Source of the DNA: Chitinophagaceae bacterium
GTDB lineage: Bacteria; Bacteroidota; Bacteroidia; Chitinophagales; Chitinophagaceae
Assembly: GCA_947371755.1 (NCBI GenBank)
Contig: CANBQT010000009.1
Location: 689-64,688 of the forward strand
Length of the DNA: 64,000 bases
Reading direction: 5' to 3'
Below, one piece after another: positions 1-9,246 of this stretch (position 1 is the first letter of the stretch; each line of letters opens with the position of its first letter). The position numbers were made by a program, and so were the translations under genes. The notes below the pieces were generated by a model. The model made no database searches, had not been told where the DNA came from, and saw only the letters and a program-made list of their open reading frames with translations.

Positions 1-240
1 ATATTTTTTTGCCCAGTGTGCAATGGTGGAACAACCTAAACTATGTGCTACTAAAACAACAGTTGAAAGATCAAATTCCAATACTTTTTTATCCATGTTT
101 TTGATCCATTCTTCACAAACAGGTGCATCCCATTCTTCCTGCTCAATTCTATAAAAGTTGTCAGCAGAATTTTGAAAATATGTTTGCCAATGTTCTGGAC
201 CAGAATTTCCTAGTCCGGGTACGATCAAGTAGTTGGTCAT
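1..240 (-). CDS. RBBP9/YdeN family alpha/beta hydrolase (partial, runs off window start)
   Basis: Not in ORF track. Manual translation from ATG at 240: MTNYLIVPGLGNSGPEHWQTYF...EQEEWDAPVCEEW...LVAHSLGCSTIAHWAKKY, with the YdeN-type PGxxxSGxxHWQ motif and AHSLG nucleophile elbow. Confidence 0.9.
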   Translation of the reverse strand, partial: MTNYLIVPGLGNSGPEHWQTYFQNSADNFYRIEQEEWDAPVCEEWIKNMDKKVLEFDLSTVVLVAHSLGCSTIAHWAKKY

Positions 241-259
241 TGATTAAAATTAAATCACG

Positions 260-781
260 TTATTTAGGAAGTTGTAGTTTCATCATGATATCAGTCTGCA
301 CATCATCACCTAATTTAAAAAGGTGCTTATCGAATGCTACAAAACCATTCTTCGTATAGAAACTTAAAGCTCTTTTATTTTCTTCCCATACTCCTAACCA
401 TACATAATCTACTTGCATTTGTGTAGCTATTTGAATGGCTTTATCATAAAGTAGTTGTCCCACTTTTTTACCGTGATACTCATTTAACACATAGATCCTT
501 TCTATCTCCAGGGCTTTATAATCTTTTAATTCAGTTTGTGAATCGCCGAAATTTAATTTCAAGTATCCAATCACACGCCCTTTGTCTAAGGCGAAGAAAA
601 ATTTCGAATCAACATTATTTAATTCTCCTGTAAGCTTCTCTAGAGAGAATCCTTCCTTCAAATAATTAGACATATTCTCCTCAGTATTGGATGCCGAGAA
701 TGTTTCTGAAAAAGTTTGAATGCCTATTTCTTGTAATGGAAGAATTTCATTAATTGTAACTTCCTGAATTTCTATCATCAT
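260..781 (-). CDS. GNAT N-acetyltransferase, PaiA/spermidine acetyltransferase-like
   Basis: TFSETF, LEIERIYV, GKKVGQLL, VWLGVWEEN.RA..FY.KNGF motifs. Confidence 0.9.
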   Translation of the reverse strand: MMIEIQEVTINEILPLQEIGIQTFSETFSASNTEENMSNYLKEGFSLEKLTGELNNVDSKFFFALDKGRVIGYLKLNFGDSQTELKDYKALEIERIYVLNEYHGKKVGQLLYDKAIQIATQMQVDYVWLGVWEENKRALSFYTKNGFVAFDKHLFKLGDDVQTDIMMKLQLPK

Positions 782-807
782 CTAGCTAAAATAGCACTTT
801 ATAGCAT

Positions 808-945
808 TTAGTTCTTAATAAATCAATACCAATAAGGCGCTTTATTCTGTGCTCCTGTAAATTTCATTACCAACTGTTTCATCACATTCTTATCAAGGAT
901 TTTCTTTTGAAAGTTATTTCTCGCATAAGGATTATATTTGGTTAG
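808..945 (-). pseudogene. 3' remnant of an NrtR-family NUDIX/wHTH regulator
   Basis: Minus frame reads LTKYNPYARNNFQKKILDKNVMKQLVMKFTGAQNKAPYWY*FIKN*. This resembles the NrtR C-terminal wHTH (RRNFxKKIL...GxxxKAPxLYRF). No start codon and an internal TGA at 823-825. Confidence 0.65.
933..940 (+). promoter_or_regulatory. Putative Bacteroidota sigma-A -7 box (TATATTTG)
   Basis: Matches TAnnTTTG about 50 nt upstream of the ATG at 990. Confidence 0.45.
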
Positions 946-989
946 CTAGATTTGAAAAAACGATTTTCTTTTAAAATAACCCCCGATTT

Positions 990-1946
990 ATGAAACCCAA
1001 CAATTGCTTGCTTTACTTTAAAAATGTCCATCCAAAAATCCTTTTTACTTTTTTTTTCCTGGCTTTTTCATTCTATTGTTTAGCAACACCAGCATCAGAT
1101 ACAACTAGCTATATCCAAACTTTGGATATAAGTACTTGTAAGATTGATACGGTCTTAGCCATAAAATCTCATATAGAAGCCCCTAACTGGCATCCAGAAA
1201 ATTACCTGATTGTAAATAGCTATGGCAAAATTTATACACTCGATTTAAAAACAAAACAATTGAGTCTGCTCAAAACTGGTTTTGCTACAGAATGTAATAA
1301 CGACCATGGTATTTCTCCTGATAAAAAATGGCTGGCAGTAAGTCATAACGACAGAAATGATCCATCCCCTAAACTCAATAAATCAGCAATCTATATTATC
1401 CCAATCAAAGGAGGCGAGCCAAGGCGCATAACAAAAGAGGTTGTTTCCTATTGGCATGGATGGAGTAGAGATGGGAAAACTTTAGCCTATTGCGCAGAGC
1501 GTAATGGCAATTTTGATATTTATAGTATACCTGTTGAAGGTGGAGAAGAAAAAAGGTTAACCAGTACTGAAGGTTTAGATGATGGTCCAGACTATTCCAA
1601 TGATGGTAAATACATTTATTTCAATTCTTATCGCACAGGACATATGCAGATCTGGAGAATGAAAACTGATGGTACTAATCCTGAGCAATTAACTTTTGAT
1701 GATAATTCCAATTGGTTCGCCCACCCGTCTCCAGATAACAAGTGGATAGTTTATATTGCTTATACTTCAGATGAAAAACAAAATCATCTTTTTGGCAAGA
1801 ATGTAAAACTTCGATTAATGAATACCACTACAAAAGAAATAAAAGATCTTACGTCGGTATTTTATGGCGGACAAGGAACCATCAATGTGCCATCCTGGAG
1901 TGCCGACAGTAAAAAAATTGCTTTTGTAAGTTATTCAGTTAAATAA
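990..1946 (+). CDS. TolB-like beta-propeller (PD40 repeat) periplasmic protein
   Basis: Repeated WSxDG/YSxDG/PSPD blades (ISPDKKWLA, GWSRDGKTLAY, DYSNDGKYIYF, PSWSADSKKIAF) and a hydrophobic N-terminus. Confidence 0.85.
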   Translation: MKPNNCLLYFKNVHPKILFTFFFLAFSFYCLATPASDTTSYIQTLDISTCKIDTVLAIKSHIEAPNWHPENYLIVNSYGKIYTLDLKTKQLSLLKTGFATECNNDHGISPDKKWLAVSHNDRNDPSPKLNKSAIYIIPIKGGEPRRITKEVVSYWHGWSRDGKTLAYCAERNGNFDIYSIPVEGGEEKRLTSTEGLDDGPDYSNDGKYIYFNSYRTGHMQIWRMKTDGTNPEQLTFDDNSNWFAHPSPDNKWIVYIAYTSDEKQNHLFGKNVKLRLMNTTTKEIKDLTSVFYGGQGTINVPSWSADSKKIAFVSYSVK

Positions 1947-1972
1947 ATTATTCAAACTTTTAAAATTGATGT

Positions 1973-3382
1973 ATGCAAAATAATAGCAACAACTCAAGAA
2001 GAAAATTTTTACAACAAATTGGAGCTACCAGTTTATTGGCAGCAGCTAATCCCTTGTCTTCCTTAGCCGCCAGCAGTAAAGCAGAAGAAAGGATGTTAAC
2101 CTACGACCGAAAAATTTCTTCTAACGACAAAATCCGCATTGGTGTTATCGGATATGGTGTGCAAGGCCACTTTGATTTGACTACTGCGCTAAAAGTGCCA
2201 GGTGTTGAATTAGCTGGCATTTGTGATTTATATACTGGAAGAATAGAAAATGCCAAAGAAACTTTTGGCAAAGAACTGTTCACAACCAGAAACTATCATG
2301 ATCTTTTAGATAGAAAAGATATAGATGCGGTTTTCATCTGCACTACCGATATCTGGCATGCAAGAATTACATTAGATGCTTTAGCAAAAGGCAAGCACGT
2401 GTACTGCGAAAAGCCAATGGTGTATAAAATCAGCGAAGGTTATCCAGTGATGGAAGCCGCTAAAAAATCGGGCAAGGTTTTACAGGTAGGTAGTCAGCGT
2501 GTGAGCAGTATTGGGTATGCAAAAGCAAAAGAATTAGTTGCTGCCGGAGAGATTGGCAAACTCAATATGGTGAACGCAGTATATGATAGACAGAGTTCTA
2601 TAGGTGCCTGGGAATATACAATCCCTAAAGACGCAAGCGCGCTAACAACCAATTGGGATAAATTCATCGAAGCCACAGAGAAAATGGCTTTTGATGCCAA
2701 GAAGTTCTTCTGGTGGCGCGCATATAAAGAATTTGGTACTGGGGTAGCGGGCGATTTATTTATTCATCTTTTAAGCGGCACACATTTCATGACCAATTCA
2801 AAGGGTCCTGAAAGTATTTTTAGTACTGGTCAGTTTAGCTATTGGAAAGATGGGAGAAACCTGCCAGATGTAATGTCAGGTGTATTGCAATATCCCGAAA
2901 CAAAGGAACATGCTGCTTTCTTAATGACACTTCAGGTAAATTTTATCAGTGGAACTGGTGGTCAGGAAATTATTCGTTTAATAGGCTCAGAAGGAGTGAT
3001 AGAAGTAAATGGCAATAATATTACACTAAAACATAGTTTGATGCCCGAAGCTCCTGGTTTTGGCGGATATGATTCTCTCTTTACTTTTTCGAAAGCCATG
3101 CAAGATGAGATGCAGAAAGAGTATGATGCCAAATGGACTGCAGAACAAAGAAAAAGAAAAACCAAAGCAGATATTCTGTTTAAAGCACCAACGGGATATA
3201 GCGACCACTTGGATCATATCACAAACTTCTTCGATTCTATCAGAACAGGCAAGCCAGTTGTAGAAGATGCAGCATTTGGTTTTAGAGCAGCAGCACCTGC
3301 ATTATCCTGTAACGAAAGTTTCTTATCTAAAAAGATTGTGCATTGGGACCCCGAGCAAATGAAATTGAAACCTATTAAATAA
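1973..3382 (+). CDS. Tat-exported Gfo/Idh/MocA family oxidoreductase
   Basis: SRRKFLQ Tat motif, IGVIGYG Rossmann fold, HVYCEKP, QVGSQR. Confidence 0.92.
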   Translation: MQNNSNNSRRKFLQQIGATSLLAAANPLSSLAASSKAEERMLTYDRKISSNDKIRIGVIGYGVQGHFDLTTALKVPGVELAGICDLYTGRIENAKETFGKELFTTRNYHDLLDRKDIDAVFICTTDIWHARITLDALAKGKHVYCEKPMVYKISEGYPVMEAAKKSGKVLQVGSQRVSSIGYAKAKELVAAGEIGKLNMVNAVYDRQSSIGAWEYTIPKDASALTTNWDKFIEATEKMAFDAKKFFWWRAYKEFGTGVAGDLFIHLLSGTHFMTNSKGPESIFSTGQFSYWKDGRNLPDVMSGVLQYPETKEHAAFLMTLQVNFISGTGGQEIIRLIGSEGVIEVNGNNITLKHSLMPEAPGFGGYDSLFTFSKAMQDEMQKEYDAKWTAEQRKRKTKADILFKAPTGYSDHLDHITNFFDSIRTGKPVVEDAAFGFRAAAPALSCNESFLSKKIVHWDPEQMKLKPIK

Positions 3383-3447
3383 TTTGTGACACATTTTTGA
3401 GTACTCTAATTCCCTATTCATAATTTTATAACTTAATATAATAAAAC

Positions 3448-4005
3448 ATGAATAGGGAATTATTGGAAAAAATGCAATCAGGAAAACCATTTCGCTTAGA
3501 TGATCCTGCATTTCAAGAAATAGTTGCATTTAAAGACAGAACATTAAGTCTATCTCCTCAACTAAATGCCTCTACTACATCTGATGAGTTTAGAGATCGT
3601 TTAAGTGATATTATAGGAAGTAAAATTGATGAGAGCACTACCATTTTTGCTCCTTTCTTCACCAATTTTGGCCGTTATATCAGCATCGGTAAAAATGTAT
3701 TTATCAATCATGCCTGCTCGTTTTTAGACATGGGGGGGATCACTATTGGCGATAACGTTTTAATAGGACCAAAAGCGAATTTAGTTTCTGAAAACCATCC
3801 AATTGATCCTTCGCAAAGAAATTGTTTAATAGGGAAACCCATCACCATAAAGAACAATGTCTGGATAGGTGCTGGTGCGACAATTTTACCGGGTATCACT
3901 GTTGGTGAAAATTCGATTGTAGCAGCAGGAGCAATAGTTACAAAAGATGTACCCGATAATATTATTGTTGCTGGTAATCCTGCAAAACAAATAAAATCTT
4001 TATAG
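3448..4005 (+). CDS. Sugar O-acetyltransferase (Maa/LacA-like, hexapeptide repeat)
   Basis: IGKNVFINHAC, IGDNVLIGP, VWIGAGATILPGITVGENSIVAAGAIV, VAGNPAK. Confidence 0.9.
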   Translation: MNRELLEKMQSGKPFRLDDPAFQEIVAFKDRTLSLSPQLNASTTSDEFRDRLSDIIGSKIDESTTIFAPFFTNFGRYISIGKNVFINHACSFLDMGGITIGDNVLIGPKANLVSENHPIDPSQRNCLIGKPITIKNNVWIGAGATILPGITVGENSIVAAGAIVTKDVPDNIIVAGNPAKQIKSL

Positions 4006-4103
4006 TCAATTCAAAGACCTCTACACTGCTTTGTCTCAGATTCATTTAACTGGTTTTCATTATGTAAAAAACCCAGTAACTTGGATATATAAATCAACCC
4101 CAC

Positions 4104-5006
4104 ATGCTTAAGTCTATACTAGTTTTATTTGCGAGCATTTATTGTCTTCAATCGAGTGCTCAAAGTAAAGATCCAGAACAAAAAGAAATGAATGCCACAG
4201 CAAGGAAAGGTGTTTCAGGTAGTTTTATTCAACTATCCGACGGTATTACACATTATGAAATGGCAGGTTCACCCAAACAAGGGGTTGTTGTATTGGTTCA
4301 TGGATTTAGCGTGCCTTATTTTATTTGGAATGGTTTCTTTGAAACCCTTGTATCACAGGGATTTCAAGTAATTAGATATGACGAATTTGGCAGAGGATAC
4401 TCCGACAGGTTGAAAAAGAATTATACTTCAGCAGTATATACATTACAACTGAAAGACCTCTTAAAAGGATTGAAAATAAACACAGCAGTGAATATTATTG
4501 GGGTTTCTTTTGGGGGAATTGTTAGTACCAATTTTACACTAGCTTATCCTCAACTAGTAAAAAAAGTAATTCTCATTGACCCAGCTTCTGAACGGAATAA
4601 TAATAAAGGCACAGTACAGGAATTAGAAAAATGGATGGGATTAAACTCCGATAAACGCGCAGAAAGTCAGTTAGAAGATTTTAAATACCCAAACAAGTTC
4701 CCAAATTGGATAGCTGATTATAAAGTTCAAATGCAATACAAAGGCACTAGAATGGCTTTAGCTTCTACCAGATTCCATTATGATAGTCTAACTTATCTGG
4801 AACGATATAAAAATTTGAACAGTTTAAAAAAACCTGTTCTATTAATCTGGGGAACAGAAGATCGAACTGTACCACTAAAATATAGTGATTCTATAAAAGC
4901 AATTCTTAATGTTCGTTTTCTTGAAGTCAAAGATGCAGGTCACTTGCCTTATCTTGAGAAACCAGAAATTGTGAACAAAGAAGTAGTACAATTTTTACGT
5001 CAATAA
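4104..5006 (+). CDS. Secreted alpha/beta hydrolase
   Basis: Signal peptide, VLVHGFS, GVSFGG nucleophile elbow, WGTED, AGHLPYLE. Confidence 0.88.
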   Translation: MLKSILVLFASIYCLQSSAQSKDPEQKEMNATARKGVSGSFIQLSDGITHYEMAGSPKQGVVVLVHGFSVPYFIWNGFFETLVSQGFQVIRYDEFGRGYSDRLKKNYTSAVYTLQLKDLLKGLKINTAVNIIGVSFGGIVSTNFTLAYPQLVKKVILIDPASERNNNKGTVQELEKWMGLNSDKRAESQLEDFKYPNKFPNWIADYKVQMQYKGTRMALASTRFHYDSLTYLERYKNLNSLKKPVLLIWGTEDRTVPLKYSDSIKAILNVRFLEVKDAGHLPYLEKPEIVNKEVVQFLRQ

Positions 5007-5746
5007 CCAATATTCAAGAAAAGAGTTGCCTTAATAATACTGGATATTTTCAATTGTGTAGCTGTCGCATTTTGCTGTTGAATATTAAGATAGCCAAATA
5101 CAAAATTATCGTGTTTATTTACCGCATAACTCAAACCTACAAAAATGCGGTTCTGATCAAAGACATGATTAGATAAAGTTGGGCTGTAATACAAATAAAG
5201 CTCATCGCCTAAAGCAAAAGATAAAGACTTTGGGATAAAGCCTCTTTTACTTAAGGGCAGCGTGTAAAAAACATTGTATCGGATTTTAAAAGTATTGGTA
5301 AAGTCATCCGCAATGGTAGAATCATTCAATTGATTTTCTTTCCACTTTTCTTCTGTCCTAATCCATTGCATTAATTTGTGCTTAGATGTATTATTGTACC
5401 ACTGAAATTGTTGCCAGATAAAATGTTCTGGAATTGAAAAGCTTTCATGCCCTCCACCAGGTAAAAAATCAGTATAACCATAACCTGCAGTGAACTTATT
5501 ATTGTTTTTTAAAAAATAAGTACCCGCAAAACGTAATGTAAACTGTGAAAAATGATGAAAATAATGATCATTGGTATGGATTTCACCATCTACCCAAATA
5601 CCCCATCTACTGTTGAATTTGATATTTGCATTATAGCCCGGCCAGATTTGCTGCTCATAAACAACAGTCTTTTGAGCTAAAAGAGCCATGGGGAACAGGA
5701 AAAAAGCCGCACAAATAATATAAAACTTCAAGACTATACTTTTCAA
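5000..5746 (-). CDS. DUF2490-like outer-membrane beta-barrel protein
   Basis: Signal peptide, QQIWPG, EHFIWQQ, RYNV, DELY, FDQNRIFVGL; ends in alternating aromatic strand FLNIGY. Confidence 0.75.
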   Translation of the reverse strand: MKSIVLKFYIICAAFFLFPMALLAQKTVVYEQQIWPGYNANIKFNSRWGIWVDGEIHTNDHYFHHFSQFTLRFAGTYFLKNNNKFTAGYGYTDFLPGGGHESFSIPEHFIWQQFQWYNNTSKHKLMQWIRTEEKWKENQLNDSTIADDFTNTFKIRYNVFYTLPLSKRGFIPKSLSFALGDELYLYYSPTLSNHVFDQNRIFVGLSYAVNKHDNFVFGYLNIQQQNATATQLKISSIIKATLFLNIGY

Positions 5747-5964
5747 TTTGGGGGCAATTTACTAACGATTCATGTTTATATACCTTTTTTTGCCTGCAAA
5801 AGGAAAATTAGCTTTTACAAACTTGAATAGCAGATTCATAAAGTGCTTGCCCGGAACTAACACATATTAATTAGTTTTAAATCGTCTATAAGTACCAATA
5901 AATGAGCGTCACTCCCCCTTCTCATTTATCAAGCAACCAAACCATTTATTAAAAGCTAACTAAC

Positions 5965-6276
5965 ATGTCCCCTGAACATATTAAACTTTTTGCGGTTTAC
6001 GAAAAGCCCTATTCTTCTTTAATTGAACTTCTTGAAAAAGATACAAGTATCAGAATATCTTCCGATGTAACGATCATGCGTTTATTCAGTAAGGATAGTA
6101 AACAGGAAAATTATGCAGTGATTAGTTTAAATGAAAATGCTTCAAAAATTATTGAATCATATAGTAACGAAGAGTTAAGTGCAGATGATAGTATCATATA
6201 TTATCTACTTAAAAATAGGGAAGCTTTACATGGTGATCCTAAAAATGTAGAATACTTATGTAAAAGTGATTTATAA
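5965..6276 (+). CDS. Hypothetical protein (103 aa)
   Basis: Stand-alone ORF filling an otherwise empty interval; no family recognised. Confidence 0.55.
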   Translation: MSPEHIKLFAVYEKPYSSLIELLEKDTSIRISSDVTIMRLFSKDSKQENYAVISLNENASKIIESYSNEELSADDSIIYYLLKNREALHGDPKNVEYLCKSDL

Positions 6277-6316
6277 AATCAACTTGTTATTGAAGATTCC
6301 AATTTAATTAAAGATT

Positions 6317-7078
6317 TTATGAATTCAAATCTTCAAAGAGATGCGCATTTTTTGATTTTTGAGAAATCTCACGAATAATAACATCCAATTCATTTGCAGC
6401 ATCAAGGATCAGTTTACTGATTTCTATATGGTCAATATTAGTAGGGCCATCCAGTTCAAAAAGTGAAGCCGCCGACATCATCCGAACAAGGGGTGCACGT
6501 ACCACATGCGACTGGATCCAGGATATCTCTTTTAATGTTTTATTTTGCTCTTGAATAGCTGCAATTTTTTCTTCCAGTAACTTTTTAGCCAATTCTAATG
6601 CACTATTTGAATGCCGCAATTTTTCTGTTCTATCGCTTATCTTTTCTTCCAACTCTTTATTCTGGTCTTTGAGTTGCATCATTAAGTAAATGTTTAACAA
6701 CATATTCCTAATTCGAAGATCAACATCAGTGAGGTCAAATGGTTTGGATAAAAAATCTCTTGCGCCACCAGAAAGTGCTTTCTTTTTGGCTTCAACTGTA
6801 TCGTCTGCGGTTAAAATCATGATGGGCATAAGTTCACTCATCAGACCGGCATCCTGTATTTGTTGCAATACTTCGAATCCTGAAACATGAGGCATCATTA
6901 AATCGAGCAGAATTAAATCAGGTTTAAATTCCTGTACAATAGATATTACTTCACGAGAAAAAACGGTGGTTCTGATATTTGAATAGCCTTTTAATAATAA
7001 AAAGTTTTCCAATACGTCAATATTTGACCATTGATCATCAACTATTAAAATTCGGGCATCGTTTAAATCGGCATTCAT
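6317..7078 (-). CDS. Response regulator receiver + coiled coil + HisKA-like segment, no HATPase domain
   Basis: LIVDD, LLDLMMP, ILTA, SKP receiver motifs; C-terminal SWIQSHVVRAPL H-box, then the protein ends about 60 aa later. Confidence 0.85.
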   Translation of the reverse strand: MNADLNDARILIVDDQWSNIDVLENFLLLKGYSNIRTTVFSREVISIVQEFKPDLILLDLMMPHVSGFEVLQQIQDAGLMSELMPIMILTADDTVEAKKKALSGGARDFLSKPFDLTDVDLRIRNMLLNIYLMMQLKDQNKELEEKISDRTEKLRHSNSALELAKKLLEEKIAAIQEQNKTLKEISWIQSHVVRAPLVRMMSAASLFELDGPTNIDHIEISKLILDAANELDVIIREISQKSKNAHLFEDLNS

Positions 7079-7134
7079 ATTTCTATTTTATGATGATCCA
7101 ATTATTGGAATGCAATCATTTTGTATTTTTATTC

Positions 7135-7305
7135 ATGGCACTTTTAAAAGCAACACCAATACTAGCATATCTTGACCAAGTAAAGACAATTAACTTTTAC
7201 ACAAAATTAGGTTTTACTTGTAATGCAAAATGGGATGGGTACCTGATATTTCAAAGAGACCATATTGATAAATACCAGACTAATCCTTTAGTGCTTTCAC
7301 CATAA
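7135..7305 (+). pseudogene. Truncated VOC/bleomycin-resistance-like protein (N-terminal part only)
   Basis: MALLKATPILAYLDQVKTINFYTKLGFTCNAKWDGYLIFQRDHI fits a VOC N-terminus (P.L...D...T..FY..LGF). The frame then runs into the antisense 3' end of the DUF1080 gene and stops at 56 aa. Confidence 0.65.
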
Positions 7306-7927
7306 TGTTTTTAAAATATACAATACTCTTTGGATCATGTCCCTGTAAAGCAAATGTTCCACTTGAAAGGATTCGTAATGAATCATCTGGCTCTCTTACT
7401 GATTTCACATTATCTGGTTCTGTGTAATCTACCACAACTCTATCATTCAATTTGATGACGACTCTTTTCCCTTCTACTTTAATATATTCTGTATACCATT
7501 CATAGTCTTTTATATACTGTTCTTTCACATCCATTATACCATAAAGACTTCCTGTTCTTCGCCAGTCTGTATGTGAATTGTTTACTTGTACCTCATAACC
7601 CTTCTCTGGCCAGCTTGCCTGCTGATATTGGGTATGAAAATATATACCAGAATTGGCGCCAGGCATTGTTTTTACATCTGCTTTGAATTCAAAATTCTTA
7701 AACTGATGGTTATGTACTTTCCCATCGTAAAAAAGATGGGCTGTTTTTCCATGTACTATAATCATCCCACTATCTACAGAAAAAGTAGATGCGTTTTCTC
7801 CTACCTTCCAACCATTTAATGATTTTCCATCAAACAAATTGTTCCAACCCTTTTCAAATACTGTATTATTTGGACGGAATGCCGTCAAACAAAAAATAAA
7901 TAATGTAAAGACTAACATTTTTTTCAT
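7280..7927 (-). CDS. DUF1080 family protein (3-keto-glycoside hydrolase-like)
   Basis: LFDGKSLNGW, NFEFKADVK, ANSGIYF, GYEVQV, TGSLYG, ALQGHD, YFKNIMVK. Start taken at MKKMLV (7927); the track starts at 7948. Confidence 0.9.
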   Translation of the reverse strand: MKKMLVFTLFIFCLTAFRPNNTVFEKGWNNLFDGKSLNGWKVGENASTFSVDSGMIIVHGKTAHLFYDGKVHNHQFKNFEFKADVKTMPGANSGIYFHTQYQQASWPEKGYEVQVNNSHTDWRRTGSLYGIMDVKEQYIKDYEWYTEYIKVEGKRVVIKLNDRVVVDYTEPDNVKSVREPDDSLRILSSGTFALQGHDPKSIVYFKNIMVKALKD

Positions 7928-7954
7928 AAAATCGATTTTGAACTGCATGTAAGG

Positions 7955-8989
7955 TTATTGTTTGTGATCAGATATATAATGTTCAAGTAGTTCATCTCCA
8001 CCAAAATCATGTTTTAAGTCTCGAATCACAGTATGAACATGGTTGGCATTATTCTGAGTATTATCATATTCAATTAACACAGTTGGTCCCTGAATCCGAT
8101 AATAAGTTCCCTTACCTCTCATAGATTTACTATCACCTGCCCATGCAAACCAAAGATTGTCTAGGCCATTCAATTGTATTTCTTTCAACATGTCTTCGGC
8201 AAAAAGTCTAGTATAACGATGAACATAGATTTTGATTAATTGCAACATTAATTGTTGCTGATAATTTGTAAGTTCTGAATAACGAATACCTTCTGGAGTA
8301 CTTAAAATAATTTTCCTTTTGTCAAAACTTATGATTTCTTTTATTGCATTTGTATCAATGATTGTTTTGTTTTTTTGGCTGTCATTTAATGATTGCAATA
8401 AATCAAACCCCTTATCAGTTTCATCTTTCAATACTTGAGCCCCCTTCTTTGAACCACTTAACACTTCTCCAGGATTAGACCCAAGAAATCCAGGTGTTCC
8501 GGAAGTTAGCTTTTGTTTTAAAAAAGAAAAATTGAATGAAATATGATGCCCTTCAAAACGCCAACCCCAAATGGTTTTATCTGAAGGGATACCGAAAATT
8601 GTAATATGATAATTTCCTGTATCTCTATAATGATCTTCTGGTTTTCGCATTTCAAGTACTTTCAATACCTCATCTAATTGCATGATCTCTTTTGTCTTAT
8701 CAAAAGTTTCTGCACTTATACAGGTTTTTAAAAGATTAAATGCAGCGTATTTTTGACCTTCATTCATTTCATTAAAAGTGATGCCCTTTCTTTCCATTGG
8801 CACAAAATGATAATTGTATCTTTCATCATTATCAAATGGAAAAACAGTTTCGCCCCTTTGTTCTTTGCTTAAAAGAGAGATGAATTGATTAGCAGCAACA
8901 ATAGCTGTTTGGGCATTTATTTTATCTGCTCTTACAATAAGTATGAATAAAATTAATGGCAATGCTATTTTTTTAACATAAGAATTCAT
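7955..8989 (-). CDS. DUF3500 domain-containing protein
   Basis: Signal peptide, FGIP....WGWRFEGHHISFNF, YYRIQGPTVLIEYDNTQNNANHVHTVIRD...DFG. Confidence 0.88.
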   Translation of the reverse strand: MNSYVKKIALPLILFILIVRADKINAQTAIVAANQFISLLSKEQRGETVFPFDNDERYNYHFVPMERKGITFNEMNEGQKYAAFNLLKTCISAETFDKTKEIMQLDEVLKVLEMRKPEDHYRDTGNYHITIFGIPSDKTIWGWRFEGHHISFNFSFLKQKLTSGTPGFLGSNPGEVLSGSKKGAQVLKDETDKGFDLLQSLNDSQKNKTIIDTNAIKEIISFDKRKIILSTPEGIRYSELTNYQQQLMLQLIKIYVHRYTRLFAEDMLKEIQLNGLDNLWFAWAGDSKSMRGKGTYYRIQGPTVLIEYDNTQNNANHVHTVIRDLKHDFGGDELLEHYISDHKQ

Positions 8990-8991
8990 AG

Positions 8992-9205
8992 TTAATTTTT
9001 AATGCCCCCTTTTACTTTCATTTGTAAAGTATAAATGGATGTAGAAGCAGTTATAAATAAAATATTGTTTCCCTCCCCCCGAATGTAATATTGGATGTCC
9101 ATTCTTCTTTGTCAGTGAAAAAGATATTTCCTTTTTTAACCACTGCTGGCCCTTCCGTAAACCCAAATTGACAAACAATAGAAAGGAAATGACTAATCTG
9201 AGCAT
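8992..9205 (-). pseudogene. Internally deleted, frameshifted SMP-30/gluconolactonase/LRE gene
   Basis: Three frames give a signal peptide MLRLVISFLLFVNL, then QFGFTEGPAVVKKGNIFFTD joined directly to KEEWTSNITFGG, then NNILFITASTSIYTLQMKVKGGIKN*. These are the first and last blades of the propeller. Confidence 0.75.
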
Positions 9206-9246
9206 ATTATTTCTTAAATTATATATAATATCTTCAACAAACAAGA

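Noticed and set aside
123-359. 78-aa plus-strand ORF from the track
   Set aside because: Antisense shadow over the YdeN hydrolase and GNAT genes; no motif
6979-7134. N-terminal extension of the 108-aa plus-strand ORF
   Set aside because: Overlaps the response regulator on the opposite strand; VOC similarity starts only at ATG 7135
8999-9244. 81-aa minus-strand ORF as a real protein
   Set aside because: Better explained as a frame running through the frameshifted SMP-30 remnant
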